From an uncultured Chloroflexia bacterium (lineage in GTDB: Bacteria > Chloroflexota > Dehalococcoidia > Dehalococcoidales > RBG-16-60-22): 64,000 nucleotides of DNA. The stretch spans positions 50,289 through 114,288 of the forward strand of contig CAVSFE010000002.1 of the NCBI GenBank assembly GCA_963727315.1, in the 5' to 3' direction. A model generated the notes under the pieces. The model was not told where the DNA came from, did not search any database, and worked only from the letters and a program-made list of their open reading frames with translations. Every line of letters starts with the position of its first letter. The first letter of the stretch is position 1. Positions 37,080 to 47,139 of the stretch are shown one piece after another. The translations under genes were made by a program, and so were the position numbers.

Positions 37080-37772
37080 GTGACCAACGAAAAGGGACGC
37101 AAACATTTACCGCCTTATGTTTCTTACCGCACTTTCCGCAATTTTATCGACCGACTCCAGCAGCGCCTGCCGTCGCGTATCGACCGCTCTTACTGGGGCG
37201 ATATCCTCTCCGGGAGCACCGGCACCCAGCTTATGGCTGCCCTGCGTTTCCTGGGCCTGATTGACGCCAACGGAAAGCCCACCGAGCAGCTCAAACCACT
37301 GGTCCTGGCCAGGGGAGAGCCCCGTGCGCAGCTCCTCAGGAGCGTTACCTCCCAGGCTTATAGCTTCGTGCTGAAAAGCTCCCTGGACATCGAGAGCGCC
37401 ACCTACTCCCAGCTCGAGGAGGTCTTCCACGACGCCTTTCAGCTTACCGACGACGTCAGCCGCAAGTGCGTGAAATTCTTTATCGCCCTGTCCGGGGATG
37501 CCGGCCTGCCCATATCGCCTTTCATCACCAGGCGCACCCGTGCCGCGCATGCCGCTGCCGGCACTAAAACGTTGGTGAAAAAAGGCGCTGGGAGGACAAA
37601 ACGGAATGGACTAATTCCACAAGTGGTGGATGAAATTCCAGATAACAACTCGTGGCACAGCAAACTCCTCGATAAGTTCCCCAGTTTCGACCCGTCCTGG
37701 AACGATGCTATCAAGACGAAGTGGTTCGCTGCCTTCGATGAGTTGCTGAAAAGAGGACTGATCCGGGGATAA
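37080..37772 (+). CDS. DUF5343-like hypothetical protein
   Basis: PPYVSYRTF...PSRIDRSYW...ALRFLGLID; tail LLDKFPSFDPSW...KWF; likely GTG start 37080. Confidence 0.7.
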   Translation: MTNEKGRKHLPPYVSYRTFRNFIDRLQQRLPSRIDRSYWGDILSGSTGTQLMAALRFLGLIDANGKPTEQLKPLVLARGEPRAQLLRSVTSQAYSFVLKSSLDIESATYSQLEEVFHDAFQLTDDVSRKCVKFFIALSGDAGLPISPFITRRTRAAHAAAGTKTLVKKGAGRTKRNGLIPQVVDEIPDNNSWHSKLLDKFPSFDPSWNDAIKTKWFAAFDELLKRGLIRG

Positions 37773-37812
37773 AAAACCCCCGGCTTTTAGATGCTCTTAA
37801 GATTCCCGCCGA

Positions 37813-38445
37813 CTAAATATTGAGGTTTTTCGCGAAGTTCTCCGGCGTGGTCATACCGCCGGAGACGATCATTTTTACCGCGTCTTCAACGGATATATCC
37901 GTCCGTACCACATCTTTTTCTTTAACCACCTGGAAGAAGCCCGACCACGGTGTCGGCGATGTGGGAATGAGGACGTTGAAATATTTTTCCCCGCTTTCCG
38001 TGATTATTTCCTTCGTGACAAAACCTACCGTCCACATCTCTTTACGGGGAAATTCCACCAGCACCACCTGCATGAAGCCGGCTTTATCCGGCGCGGCCAC
38101 TGTCTGCATGATTTGCCGGATTCCGTCATAAAGAACCCGGAAAACAGGTACTCTCATCATTACTGAGTTGCTGAATTTCATCAGCCTCCTGCCGATGAAG
38201 TTTCTCGTTATCACGCCTATCAGGTAAATGAGCACTACCGCTACCCCGAACCCCACCCCCCGGATATCGTGCCCCGCAATTTGCCTGATAATCGGCTGTA
38301 AAATGTGGTCGATGCCGTTAAAGACCCATATCAGTATTAAGATGCTGGCGGCTACCGGCACCACGACGATTAACCCCGCCACGAACTGTGCCCTGATTTT
38401 CCTTGCCCATCCTCCCTTGGATGTCTTCTTGCCTTCCATACTCAC
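37813..38445 (-). CDS. DUF502 membrane protein
   Basis: Two TMs; VVLVEFPR; IPTSPTPWSG; AVKMIVSGG. Confidence 0.88.
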   Translation of the reverse strand: MSMEGKKTSKGGWARKIRAQFVAGLIVVVPVAASILILIWVFNGIDHILQPIIRQIAGHDIRGVGFGVAVVLIYLIGVITRNFIGRRLMKFSNSVMMRVPVFRVLYDGIRQIMQTVAAPDKAGFMQVVLVEFPRKEMWTVGFVTKEIITESGEKYFNVLIPTSPTPWSGFFQVVKEKDVVRTDISVEDAVKMIVSGGMTTPENFAKNLNI

Positions 38446-39392
38446 TCCTCCCCGCTGACTTCTTTTTCAGGTTCAGGATGTACCTTGCGTCTTACCAGCG
38501 ATGCCAGCGCTGCGATAGCTAAAATGCCTATTACGACCCCGAGCGATATTGTTACCGGCATCTTATAAAAATCGGAAATTATCATCTTCACCCCGAGAAA
38601 AGCCAGGATCGTGGCCAGCCCGTAGCTAAGATAGTAGAATTTCTCGATAACGCCCGCCAAGGCGAAATATAACGACCGCAGCCCCATCACGGCGAAGATA
38701 TTCGATGTGTAAACGATGAACGGGTCCTGCGTTATCGAAAGGACGGCCGGCACGGAGTCCATCGCGAAGATGATATCCGTTGTCTCGATGACTACCAGCA
38801 CCATCAGGAGCGGCGTTGCCAGCCGCCGCCTTCTCCCTTTCACCAGGAAATGTTGCCCGTGGTATCTTTTCGTGAGCGGCACGAACCGGCGGAAAAGCCG
38901 GAGGACGGGGTTCTTTTCCGGCCGTATTTCTCCTTCTCCCTTGTTGAAAGCCAGCCTGACGGCGGTATAGACCAGAAAGGCTCCGAAGATATAGATTATC
39001 CAGTGAAGTCTCGTCAGCAGGGTCAGCCCGGTCACGATGAAGATGCCGCGCATGAAAACGGCCCCCAGAATCCCCCAAAAAAGTACGCGATGCTGGTAGG
39101 CTGCCGGGACGCTGAAATAGGTGAATATCAGCAGGAAAACGAAAAGATTGTCCACGCTGAGCGATTCCTCGACCAGGTAGCCGGTGAGGAAGTTCAGCGC
39201 TTTCTCGTGCCCCACCAGCACGTATACGCCGAGGTCGAACAGCAGCGCCAGGCAGATCCACACGGCGCTCCAGATGAGAGCTTCCCTGACTTTTACAGCA
39301 TGGGCTGTGCGGTGGAAGACCCCCAGGTCGAGGACCAGCATCGCCGGTACCACCAAGCCGAAAACAACCCACAGTATTTCTTCACCGGACAT
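38442..39392 (-). CDS. TerC/Alx-family metal homeostasis membrane protein
   Basis: EESLSVDNLFVF, IETTDIIFAMDSVPA, SNIFAVMGLRSLYF. Confidence 0.93.
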   Translation of the reverse strand: MSGEEILWVVFGLVVPAMLVLDLGVFHRTAHAVKVREALIWSAVWICLALLFDLGVYVLVGHEKALNFLTGYLVEESLSVDNLFVFLLIFTYFSVPAAYQHRVLFWGILGAVFMRGIFIVTGLTLLTRLHWIIYIFGAFLVYTAVRLAFNKGEGEIRPEKNPVLRLFRRFVPLTKRYHGQHFLVKGRRRRLATPLLMVLVVIETTDIIFAMDSVPAVLSITQDPFIVYTSNIFAVMGLRSLYFALAGVIEKFYYLSYGLATILAFLGVKMIISDFYKMPVTISLGVVIGILAIAALASLVRRKVHPEPEKEVSGEE

Positions 39393-39743
39393 CGGTAATT
39401 ACCTTTTCTTCTTTTATTTTAAGGGGGACACAGTGAATTATACCATTATTGGCCGATTTTGTCGGTGACGCCTATAAATATAATAGGTAATATTATTGAC
39501 ACCGAATTACCGTTTGATGTATTATTTTTGATGGAATTATTTCATGCATAGATTATGCATGTTTGATAAAGGTTAATTTCGATTCTTATTTTACCTAGGC
39601 TGCTTAATTTCCCGGTGAAAATGGGACAACCGGATTTTTTTCCCTTTGGCTCAAAGCCCCTTGACGTTTCCAAAAATGAGGTATATATTTGTTATTGTCA
39701 ATCGGTAATTAATTAGTCAGCACAGCGAAGGAGGGTATCTGTC

Positions 39744-41405
39744 ATGGTTGATAAAAATATTAAAGTAGCCGAGAAACCGCCGGCTAAAGCCAAAATAATG
39801 AGCAAGCCGCTCCCCCAGATTCTCGATGAGATGGATGATAACATCCGGGCAGCGGCCGAAGCAGCTAGGAAAGCCGAAGAAGCCGCCAGGCTTGCCAGAC
39901 AGGCCGCCATCGATGCCCACAAGGCATCGACTGAGGCAGAAAAGCGGGCTGAAGAAGCGCGCCAGGCAGGGCAGATGGCCGCCGAAAAGGCCACCAAGGC
40001 CGCCGCGGAAGCCGCCGCCAAGGCCGAGGAGACCGCTCGCGCCGCCAGGTTAGCCGCCGAGCAAGCCGGGCGTAAATCCGAAGAAGCCGGGCGCAAAGCC
40101 GAAGAGGCCGGTGCCTCCACCCAGGCCGCCTTGGCCGCCTTCCGCAAAGCCTCTGAGGAAGCCGCTAAAAAAGCTCAGGACGCCGCCGCCGCCGCTAGGG
40201 CCGCCGCCGAGGCCGCCGCTAAGTCGGCTCAGAAAGCGGCCGCGGACGCCACTAAAAAATCTGAAGATGCCGCCCGCCTAGCCCAGGAAGCCGGCGAAGC
40301 GGCTACCCTCGCCTCCCGGGAAGCCGCTAGAAAAGCTGAGGAAGCCGCCGCCGCGGCCAGGGCCGCTGCCGATAAGGCCATGAAGGCCGCTATGGAAGCC
40401 GCCGAGGAAGCTACCCGAAAAATGGAAGAACTGGATATGGCTGCCAAGGCCGCCGCCGCTGCCGCTGAAAAAGCCGCCGAAGAAGCCGCCGCCCGCGCTC
40501 AGGGCCTGGCCGTTCAGGCCACCCAGGCCGTCCAGGAAGCCATCGAGAGCGCTAATAATGCCGGCAAACAGGCGGACGATGACGCCAAAGAAGCCAAGTC
40601 CGCCCGCGCCGAATTGGGTAAATCGATGACGGCGGAAACCGCCATAAAAACCGAACAGGCCGGACGCAAGGCCAAGCGCTCTGCCTCCGCCGCTTACCAG
40701 GCCGCCGATGCCGTGCAAATCAGGGCTCAGGCGGCTGATATCGCCGGTGATGAAGCCATTGAAGCCGCCGCCAAGGTAACCGGTCGACTCGCCCAGAGAG
40801 TCGAAGAGGCTGGTCGCGAAGCTAAAGAGGCCGCCGCAGCCGGCCTTCAGGTTGCCGACAAGACCCGCAAGAAAGCCGGTCTGGCTGATATCGCCGGTGA
40901 CGAGGCCATTGAAGCCGCCTCCCAGACCTTGCACGAACTGGTCAAGCGGGCTGAAGACATGGCTAAAGCCGCCGAGGCTGCGGCTACTGCGGCGAGGAAA
41001 GCCTCCCGTGAGGCTGAGACTTCCGCCGAGGCCGCCTCGAAAGCCGCCGGTGCCGAAGCCACCCGGAGGGCGGAAGAAGCCAAACGAGCCGCCGAAGAAG
41101 CCGCCAGGCGGGCTGAAGAGGTATCCCGCGCCGCGCGCGCCGCCGCCGAGGAAGCCAGAAGGGCCACCGAGGCCGCCGCCGCCAGGGCAGAACAGGTTGC
41201 CAAGCAGGCTGTAGCCGCCGCCGAGGCCGCCGGCAGGGCCGCCGAGGAAGCCGGCATCAAGGCCGCCGCCGCGATACCCACCGCCCTGGTAAGGAAAGTG
41301 CTCGGCTCCTGGCAGTTTATCCTTTTCCTGATTATCGCTATGCTGGCCGCCGTTTTTGGCTCCGTAGCCATCAGTGTCGGCTTATCTGCTTTACGACCGT
41401 ATTAG
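39744..41405 (+). CDS. Ala/Glu/Lys-rich long helical (coiled-coil) protein with C-terminal TM anchor
   Basis: GGAGG RBS; about 500 aa AAEEAARK-type sequence; terminal FILFLIIAMLAAVFGSVAISVGL; no signal peptide. Confidence 0.8.
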   Translation: MVDKNIKVAEKPPAKAKIMSKPLPQILDEMDDNIRAAAEAARKAEEAARLARQAAIDAHKASTEAEKRAEEARQAGQMAAEKATKAAAEAAAKAEETARAARLAAEQAGRKSEEAGRKAEEAGASTQAALAAFRKASEEAAKKAQDAAAAARAAAEAAAKSAQKAAADATKKSEDAARLAQEAGEAATLASREAARKAEEAAAAARAAADKAMKAAMEAAEEATRKMEELDMAAKAAAAAAEKAAEEAAARAQGLAVQATQAVQEAIESANNAGKQADDDAKEAKSARAELGKSMTAETAIKTEQAGRKAKRSASAAYQAADAVQIRAQAADIAGDEAIEAAAKVTGRLAQRVEEAGREAKEAAAAGLQVADKTRKKAGLADIAGDEAIEAASQTLHELVKRAEDMAKAAEAAATAARKASREAETSAEAASKAAGAEATRRAEEAKRAAEEAARRAEEVSRAARAAAEEARRATEAAAARAEQVAKQAVAAAEAAGRAAEEAGIKAAAAIPTALVRKVLGSWQFILFLIIAMLAAVFGSVAISVGLSALRPY

Positions 41406-41534
41406 AAAAAATAAAATAGAGAATATAGGAAATTCCGAGGAAGCCGGTCAGGATTTGGCCTCCCGGCCATACTAGTTAATTTGGCTTATGGTATAATGAA
41501 AATAGAGAACACTAAAGTGTGAGGAGATAGAAAT

Positions 41535-41963
41535 ATGATAAAAGATCCTAAAAAACCAGCGGGTGCGCCTGAGGCTGCCAAAGAGGCACCGCAACCTAAG
41601 ATTATGACCAAGCCCCTCCCCGAAATTCTTGATGAGCTTGAGAATTATATTAAACGGGTCGAGGAGGCTGTCAGGCTGGCACAGGGTGCCGCCAAAGATT
41701 CCAGGGCCGCCGCCGACATGGCCAAGGAGGCCGGCGAAAAAGCCGCCGAGGCCGCTAAGAAGGCCGCCGACGCCGCCGTTGCCAAGGTCAGGGAAGAGGC
41801 CGCCCGGGCCGCCGATGCCCTGCGCGACCGCATCAACGATGTCGACGAAAAGCTGGATAACCTCGAGGACAGGGTTAAACAGGAAGCTATCGCCGTCGAT
41901 GATGCCTTCCTGGCTTCAAAGGAACGGCATATCGAGATGTCGCCCTTCTATCAGCATAAATAG
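41535..41963 (+). CDS. Short soluble coiled-coil paralog of upstream protein
   Basis: Shares KIM[ST]KPLP[QE]ILDE[ML] motif; GAGGAG RBS; TATAAT at about 41492. Confidence 0.8.
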   Translation: MIKDPKKPAGAPEAAKEAPQPKIMTKPLPEILDELENYIKRVEEAVRLAQGAAKDSRAAADMAKEAGEKAAEAAKKAADAAVAKVREEAARAADALRDRINDVDEKLDNLEDRVKQEAIAVDDAFLASKERHIEMSPFYQHK

Positions 41964-42197
41964 CTTTATCGTTGGCCTGGTAAATATCGCCTGCCATCGG
42001 TCTTTTACGAGGACTTTTGGTGCTGATATATCATTAAGCGGAGCGACGGCCTTTTTAAGCATCTTTCGCTTGAGATAATAGCATATTTGTGCCATGATAT
42101 ACTCATGCCACAATTCAGGCAGGAAAGCTGTTTTTAGCCAGGGATAGCTTCCCTGCCTTCTTGTTGGCGGCGCCTTTTTCAGTGGAAAAGGAGCGAG

Positions 42198-43094
42198 TTG
42201 AGGGGATTCAAAGTCTGGTTTCTGGAGACCCGCCCCCAGTTCCTGACGCTATCCGTGGCGCTGGCTTTCCTCGGTACGGCTATCGCCTGGTACGATGGCT
42301 ATTTCAACATCTGGCTTGCCCTGCTGGCCGGTATCGGGCTGGTGCTCACCCATGCCAGCGTTAATATCATTAATGACTATTTCGATTTCCGCAGCGGCAT
42401 CGACCTTGCCACCCGGCGTACCCCCTTCAGCGGCGGGAGCGGTATTCTCCCCGCCGGACTGCTCACCCCCCGGCAGGTGCTCTGGCTGGGCACCATCATG
42501 CTCCTGCTGGCGGTGCCCATCGGAATTTTTTTCGTGGTCATCCGCGGCTGGCAGTTGCTGCCACTGCTGGTCGTGGCAGCCTTCTTTATCGTGATGTACA
42601 GTCCGGTCATTCTCAAACGCCCGTGGCCGGAGTGGGCAGCCGGCGCTGGTCTCGGCGCCCTGCCTGTGCTGGGGATGTATTTCGCCCAGGTCGGTGCTTA
42701 CACTTCGACCGTCACGGTGGCCTGTATCCCCTCCGCTTTTCTGGTCCATAACCTGCTGCTGCTTAACGAACTGCCCGACGCTGAGGCCGATACCCTGGCG
42801 AGCCGCCGGACCCTGCCTATCGCTATCGGCAAGAAAGGGGCCGCTATCTTTTACTCGGTCGTGGCCATCGCCGTTTATATCTGGATAATCGCCTGGGTAG
42901 CCGCGCGGTTCATGCCTGTCTGGACATTGTTGGCGCTATTGTCTCTACCGCTTACCGTCCGGGCGATTAACGGCGCCTTGCATTATGACAACCCTTCCCG
43001 ACTTATCCCGGGCATGGCGGCTAACGTCATGTCGGTGCTCTTGATTCAGTTATTGGTCGGCCTCGGCTATATTCTGGCCCGTGCCCTGGCTTAA
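42198..43094 (+). CDS. menA: MenA-like prenyltransferase (UbiA superfamily)
   Basis: ETRPQFL, NIINDYFDFRSGID, FSGGSG, NELPDAEAD...RRTL. Confidence 0.8.
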   Translation: MRGFKVWFLETRPQFLTLSVALAFLGTAIAWYDGYFNIWLALLAGIGLVLTHASVNIINDYFDFRSGIDLATRRTPFSGGSGILPAGLLTPRQVLWLGTIMLLLAVPIGIFFVVIRGWQLLPLLVVAAFFIVMYSPVILKRPWPEWAAGAGLGALPVLGMYFAQVGAYTSTVTVACIPSAFLVHNLLLLNELPDAEADTLASRRTLPIAIGKKGAAIFYSVVAIAVYIWIIAWVAARFMPVWTLLALLSLPLTVRAINGALHYDNPSRLIPGMAANVMSVLLIQLLVGLGYILARALA

Positions 43095-43809
43095 GCTATG
43101 GAAACTCCCTGCGCCTCTCCACAGCATGTTCACGGCGGTTCCCCCGCGCTACGACCTCATCAATCGCATCATCACTTTAGGTCAGGACCGGCGCTGGCGG
43201 CGCCGGGCGGCGCTGACCTGCTTGGACACAAGGCCGCAGCGTGTCCTCGATTTAGGCTGCGGCACCGGCGACCTCACGATAAATCTTGCCCGATTGGCGA
43301 AGAAAGATACCGAAATCATCGGGCTGGACTACAGTCTGCCGATGCTGTCGCGGGCGTGGCAGAAAGCCGTCAGGGCAGTCGTCGCCGATAAAGTTACGTT
43401 TATCCATGGGGAAGCGGCGCATCTGCCTTTCCCCGGCGCGTATTTCGACGCCGCGGCTATATCTTTTGCCTTCCGCAACCTGACTTATAAAAATCCGCTC
43501 GGGCCTCTTCACCTCGCCGAAGTTATACGTGTCTTAAGACCGGGCGGTCGATATATTATCGTGGAATCGAGCCAGCCGGAAAATCGGATTGTGAAGGCGT
43601 TTTTTCATCTTTACCTGCGGGCTTTCGTCAGGCCGGTCGGCACCCTGCTCTCCGGCAATCGGGGTGCCTACCGTTATCTGGCGGAATCGGCGGCGCGTTT
43701 TTATTCTCCGCGGGAAGTCCGGGAGATGCTGCTGGCGGCCGGCTTTCGTGATGTGACTTATCGTCCCTTGCTTTTCGGGGCTGCTGGTATCCATGTGGCT
43801 ATAAAATGA
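43081..43809 (+). CDS. menG: Demethylmenaquinone methyltransferase UbiE/MenG
   Basis: YDLINRIITLGQDRRWR, LDLGCGTGD, FAFRN, AYRYLAES; true start probably ATG 43098 if one C of 43107-43109 is an error. Confidence 0.88.
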   Translation: MPWLKLWKLPAPLHSMFTAVPPRYDLINRIITLGQDRRWRRRAALTCLDTRPQRVLDLGCGTGDLTINLARLAKKDTEIIGLDYSLPMLSRAWQKAVRAVVADKVTFIHGEAAHLPFPGAYFDAAAISFAFRNLTYKNPLGPLHLAEVIRVLRPGGRYIIVESSQPENRIVKAFFHLYLRAFVRPVGTLLSGNRGAYRYLAESAARFYSPREVREMLLAAGFRDVTYRPLLFGAAGIHVAIK

Positions 43810-43818
43810 AGCCTTGTT

Positions 43819-45066
43819 TTAAATCTGCTTCTCGATGTACTCTTCCCTAAGCCCGTTCAGCGCCGCGAAGAACTCCCGCATCATGACGCTCACCGGGTAC
43901 ATTCCTTTTTCGGTGACGCGCAATATTCCGTCCCCTGCCACCAGCCCCAACGACCTGAAAAAAGCGAGCTCCATTCTCAGCTTTTCGCCGATGTCCCCCC
44001 CGAAGCGCTGTTTAAAGGCCGCCCTGTCCAGCTTCATGCCGAAAAGCTTGGTCAGCAGGTAGTAGCGCTGGTTCTCTTTCGGCGAAAGCTGTCGCCACCC
44101 CGCGATGGGAAAGCGTCCAGCGCCGGTCAATTCGTGGTATCGGTCGAGGGAAAAGGTGTTGACGAGGAATCTGCCGCCGATGATGCTGACGGAACCCGAG
44201 CCCATGCCGATATAGTCGTCCGACTCTATGATATACTCGTCGATCATCCGTTCTCCGCGCGAGAAGCACCAGGCCGTCGAGGCGTTATAGCCGCCGCGGT
44301 AAAGCTCGGATAGAATGACGTCGTAAAATTGCCTTTCTCGGGAGTTGTCCACCCGGTTGAAGCGGCGCTCCAGCGCGTCCTTTTTATGGGGAGAAGCCAT
44401 GAGCGGATAAAACGTCGCCTGGTCGATGCCCAGTTGCTTGAAAGCCGCCACGTCTGCTTTAAACTGCTCGATGCTCTGCCCCGGGAAGTTAAAGACGAAG
44501 TCGACGTTCAATGTATCAAATTGCCCCTCCGCCCTGAGCAAGCGGCTCTTTACCTCGTCTGCCGGTCCGTTGACCCGCCCCATTGTTTTAAGTACTTTTT
44601 CGTCGAAGCTCTGTACCCCGATGGACAGGCGGTTAATCCCTGCCTGCTTTAGCAGCCTGATGTTGTCCTCGGTTAGTTCGCGCGGCGTGGTCTCCAGGGA
44701 CATCTCGCGGACATCGGAATGCCGGCGCAGGTGCTCGATAAACTTTAGCAGCTCGTCCATGAGCACCGTGGGCGTTCCCCCGCCGAAATAAACGCTGGAA
44801 AACTTAAAACCTCCCTGGATATATAGTTCCAACTCCTTTTTTATATCGGTGAAGTAGCGGCGCGCCAATTCTTCTTGAAAAAGGTAGCGGTTGAAGCAGC
44901 AGAACGGGCAGAGCGCCCGGCAGAACGGTATATGCACGTAGAGCGCTATACCGCCCTCTTTGCCCCTTCCCTCCCCTTGTATCACCGACTCTTCGAAGGT
45001 GTTGTTCAGTCGGCGGAACTTACGCCCCTCGCGCCGCGTGATGCGGCTTACGATTTCCGGTATCAT
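43819..45066 (-). CDS. HemN-like class C radical SAM protein, probable menaquinone C-methyltransferase (MenK/MqnK-like)
   Basis: LYVHIPFCRALCPFC, YFGGGTP, RLSIGVQSF, QATFYPLM; convergent with menA-menG. Confidence 0.7.
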   Translation of the reverse strand: MIPEIVSRITRREGRKFRRLNNTFEESVIQGEGRGKEGGIALYVHIPFCRALCPFCCFNRYLFQEELARRYFTDIKKELELYIQGGFKFSSVYFGGGTPTVLMDELLKFIEHLRRHSDVREMSLETTPRELTEDNIRLLKQAGINRLSIGVQSFDEKVLKTMGRVNGPADEVKSRLLRAEGQFDTLNVDFVFNFPGQSIEQFKADVAAFKQLGIDQATFYPLMASPHKKDALERRFNRVDNSRERQFYDVILSELYRGGYNASTAWCFSRGERMIDEYIIESDDYIGMGSGSVSIIGGRFLVNTFSLDRYHELTGAGRFPIAGWRQLSPKENQRYYLLTKLFGMKLDRAAFKQRFGGDIGEKLRMELAFFRSLGLVAGDGILRVTEKGMYPVSVMMREFFAALNGLREEYIEKQI

Positions 45067-45077
45067 CTGCGGTCCCG

Positions 45078-46310
45078 TTAGTCCAGCTTTTTGATCAGTT
45101 CATCCTGACTCGTTATCCCGGCCGCGCTGTCGAGGAAGTCTTTGAGAGAAGCGCTCTGTTCCCTCAGCTGGCTGAGTTCAGCCCCGATAGGGCTGGACGA
45201 GGTGGGGGTATCGGCGTAGGTGCCGTGGAAAGCGAAGTAGGCCTGGTTCAACTTTCGGATATAGTAGCCGTTTTCCGCCAGGTACTGCCGCTTCTGCTCC
45301 ATGAACGCCTCGGCCTGGTCGATTTCCCCCTGGGCCAGGTAGTTGTCCACCGCGACTCTGATTTCTCTCATTTCCTTGTTGAAGTCGAAGGCAGGTTGGC
45401 TGGTCGGGGGCGATGGACTCTGCCCGGTTTCAGGAGGCGCGTATTTTTGATATATTTCGTCGCCGATTTCCTTGCCGATGATGTCCGCCACGGTCTCGTT
45501 AATGGTGGCGATGTCATTGTCCGGGCGGATGCCGGCTTCGTCCAGGACATATCTGAATCCCAGCGGCGTGAAGGCGAGGTACTGGTGTATCCACTCGTGC
45601 ACGGCGGTCTCGACGGTGAATTGCAGACTGGTATCGTTGAGAATGTAGCTGGGGTAGGTCGATAGCCCACCCAGTCCCTCCACTACCGATGAAACGCCCA
45701 GCTTATCGACCTCGTCCTCGATTTTTTCCATATCTTCCAGGCTCATTTCCGGCAAGAGCTGTACTTCTTTGATGTTTTCTATCATGTCCCGGGGCGATAT
45801 GATAAGCAGGTTTGGCGGGTTCCCGAGGTGTATCTTTACCGGCGGAAAGCCCACCTTTATTTTTATGTACCGGTCTAATGGGTTGTAGATGCCCTGTTGC
45901 GAAAGCGCTTCTCTTACCTGTCCTTCCAGCGCTTTCTCGGTGGCCGCCCGCCGCGCCGCATTCTGTTGTCGCAGTTCATCGAGCTCGTTTTGCACATGAT
46001 TGATGTCGCCGGCGGAATAGTTGCCCGTGCTCATCGCGTTCACCGTATATTCCAGGGCTCCTATTTTTGCCGCGTTGTTGAAATAGTTGAGGATTTCCTT
46101 GGTCGCGTTATCTGTTTTATCCCCGCCCGTGAAAAAATCCCCGATTTCCCCGGTGAGCGTTTGAAATTCCCATTTCGCGAGCTGGAAGCGATAGGGCTTG
46201 GTGATTTCTCCCACCTGGCGGTCAAATTCACTGCTTCCCACGCAGCCGGATAACAGCGTGAAAAGAATTAACAGGGTTATGAAGAGCAGCCCGATTTTAT
46301 ATCTATACAT
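45078..46310 (-). CDS. Putative lipoprotein with HExxH zinc-peptidase motif
   Basis: Lipobox LSGC; AVHEWIHQY...TINETVA; LNQAYFAFHGTY. Confidence 0.7.
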   Translation of the reverse strand: MYRYKIGLLFITLLILFTLLSGCVGSSEFDRQVGEITKPYRFQLAKWEFQTLTGEIGDFFTGGDKTDNATKEILNYFNNAAKIGALEYTVNAMSTGNYSAGDINHVQNELDELRQQNAARRAATEKALEGQVREALSQQGIYNPLDRYIKIKVGFPPVKIHLGNPPNLLIISPRDMIENIKEVQLLPEMSLEDMEKIEDEVDKLGVSSVVEGLGGLSTYPSYILNDTSLQFTVETAVHEWIHQYLAFTPLGFRYVLDEAGIRPDNDIATINETVADIIGKEIGDEIYQKYAPPETGQSPSPPTSQPAFDFNKEMREIRVAVDNYLAQGEIDQAEAFMEQKRQYLAENGYYIRKLNQAYFAFHGTYADTPTSSSPIGAELSQLREQSASLKDFLDSAAGITSQDELIKKLD

Positions 46311-46338
46311 TTGATAGCACTTGGTAATTGTCTTTTGG

Positions 46339-47115
46339 CTATTGGTTTTTTCTCCTGGTCCCTTTCACCTTCTCCACTATCCTGGCTAACGTCTCCCCCG
46401 TCTTCTCCCCGATGACCACGTCGGCGATATGGTCGAAGGGCGTTTCCCCGATGTTCATGATGACCAGCCTGGCGCCGCTGCGTTTGGCGATAACCGGCAT
46501 CTGCGCCGCCGGATAGACCACCAGCGACGACCCCGCCGCCAGGAACAGGTCGCACCCCGCCGACCTTTCTTCGGCTTCGCGGGTCTCTCTTTCCGGCATC
46601 GCCTGACCGTAAGCCACCGTCGCCGGCTTGAGAATTCCGTGGCATTTGCCGCAGCGGGGCACTTTTTCCCCGGCGAGCATTTTTTCGTGGGCGTAGTCGC
46701 GGGGGTAGCGCTGCCGGCAGTCGAGGCAGTCCACCCAGTGCATCGTGCCATGCAGTTCCAGCACCTTTTCGTCAGGCGTGCCGGACTTCTGCTGGAGGCC
46801 GTCGGTGTTCTGCGTGATGACGCAGTCCAGCTTGCCCATTCCGTGGAGTTCGGTGACGGCGTAATGGCCGGCGTTGGGTTCGGCGGTCTTTACCGTCTCC
46901 CAGAACATCCTGTGCACCTGCCAGTATTTCTCTCTGATTTCTTCGCTCCTGAGGAAGTTCGGCAGGTTTAGCTCGCTGGGGTCGAACTTGCTCCAGACCC
47001 CCTGCGGCCCCCGGAAATCGGGCACGCCGGACTCCGTGCTGAAGCCCGCCCCCGTGAACACGACGACCTTTTTCGCTTCGATAATCATGCCGGCAACGGC
47101 TTCGATATTGTCCAT
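46339..47115 (-). CDS. cobB: NAD-dependent protein deacylase (sirtuin)
   Basis: TGAGFSTESGVPDFRG, TQNTDGL, LHG, CxxC...CxxC, GSSLVVYPAA. Confidence 0.92.
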   Translation of the reverse strand: MDNIEAVAGMIIEAKKVVVFTGAGFSTESGVPDFRGPQGVWSKFDPSELNLPNFLRSEEIREKYWQVHRMFWETVKTAEPNAGHYAVTELHGMGKLDCVITQNTDGLQQKSGTPDEKVLELHGTMHWVDCLDCRQRYPRDYAHEKMLAGEKVPRCGKCHGILKPATVAYGQAMPERETREAEERSAGCDLFLAAGSSLVVYPAAQMPVIAKRSGARLVIMNIGETPFDHIADVVIGEKTGETLARIVEKVKGTRRKNQ

Positions 47116-47139
47116 TATATTCCTCTTATTATAGAGTCG

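Noticed and set aside
43819-45066. Coproporphyrinogen III oxidase HemN
   Set aside because: No heme genes nearby; the context (menA, menG) and YPLM motif favour a menaquinone methyltransferase.
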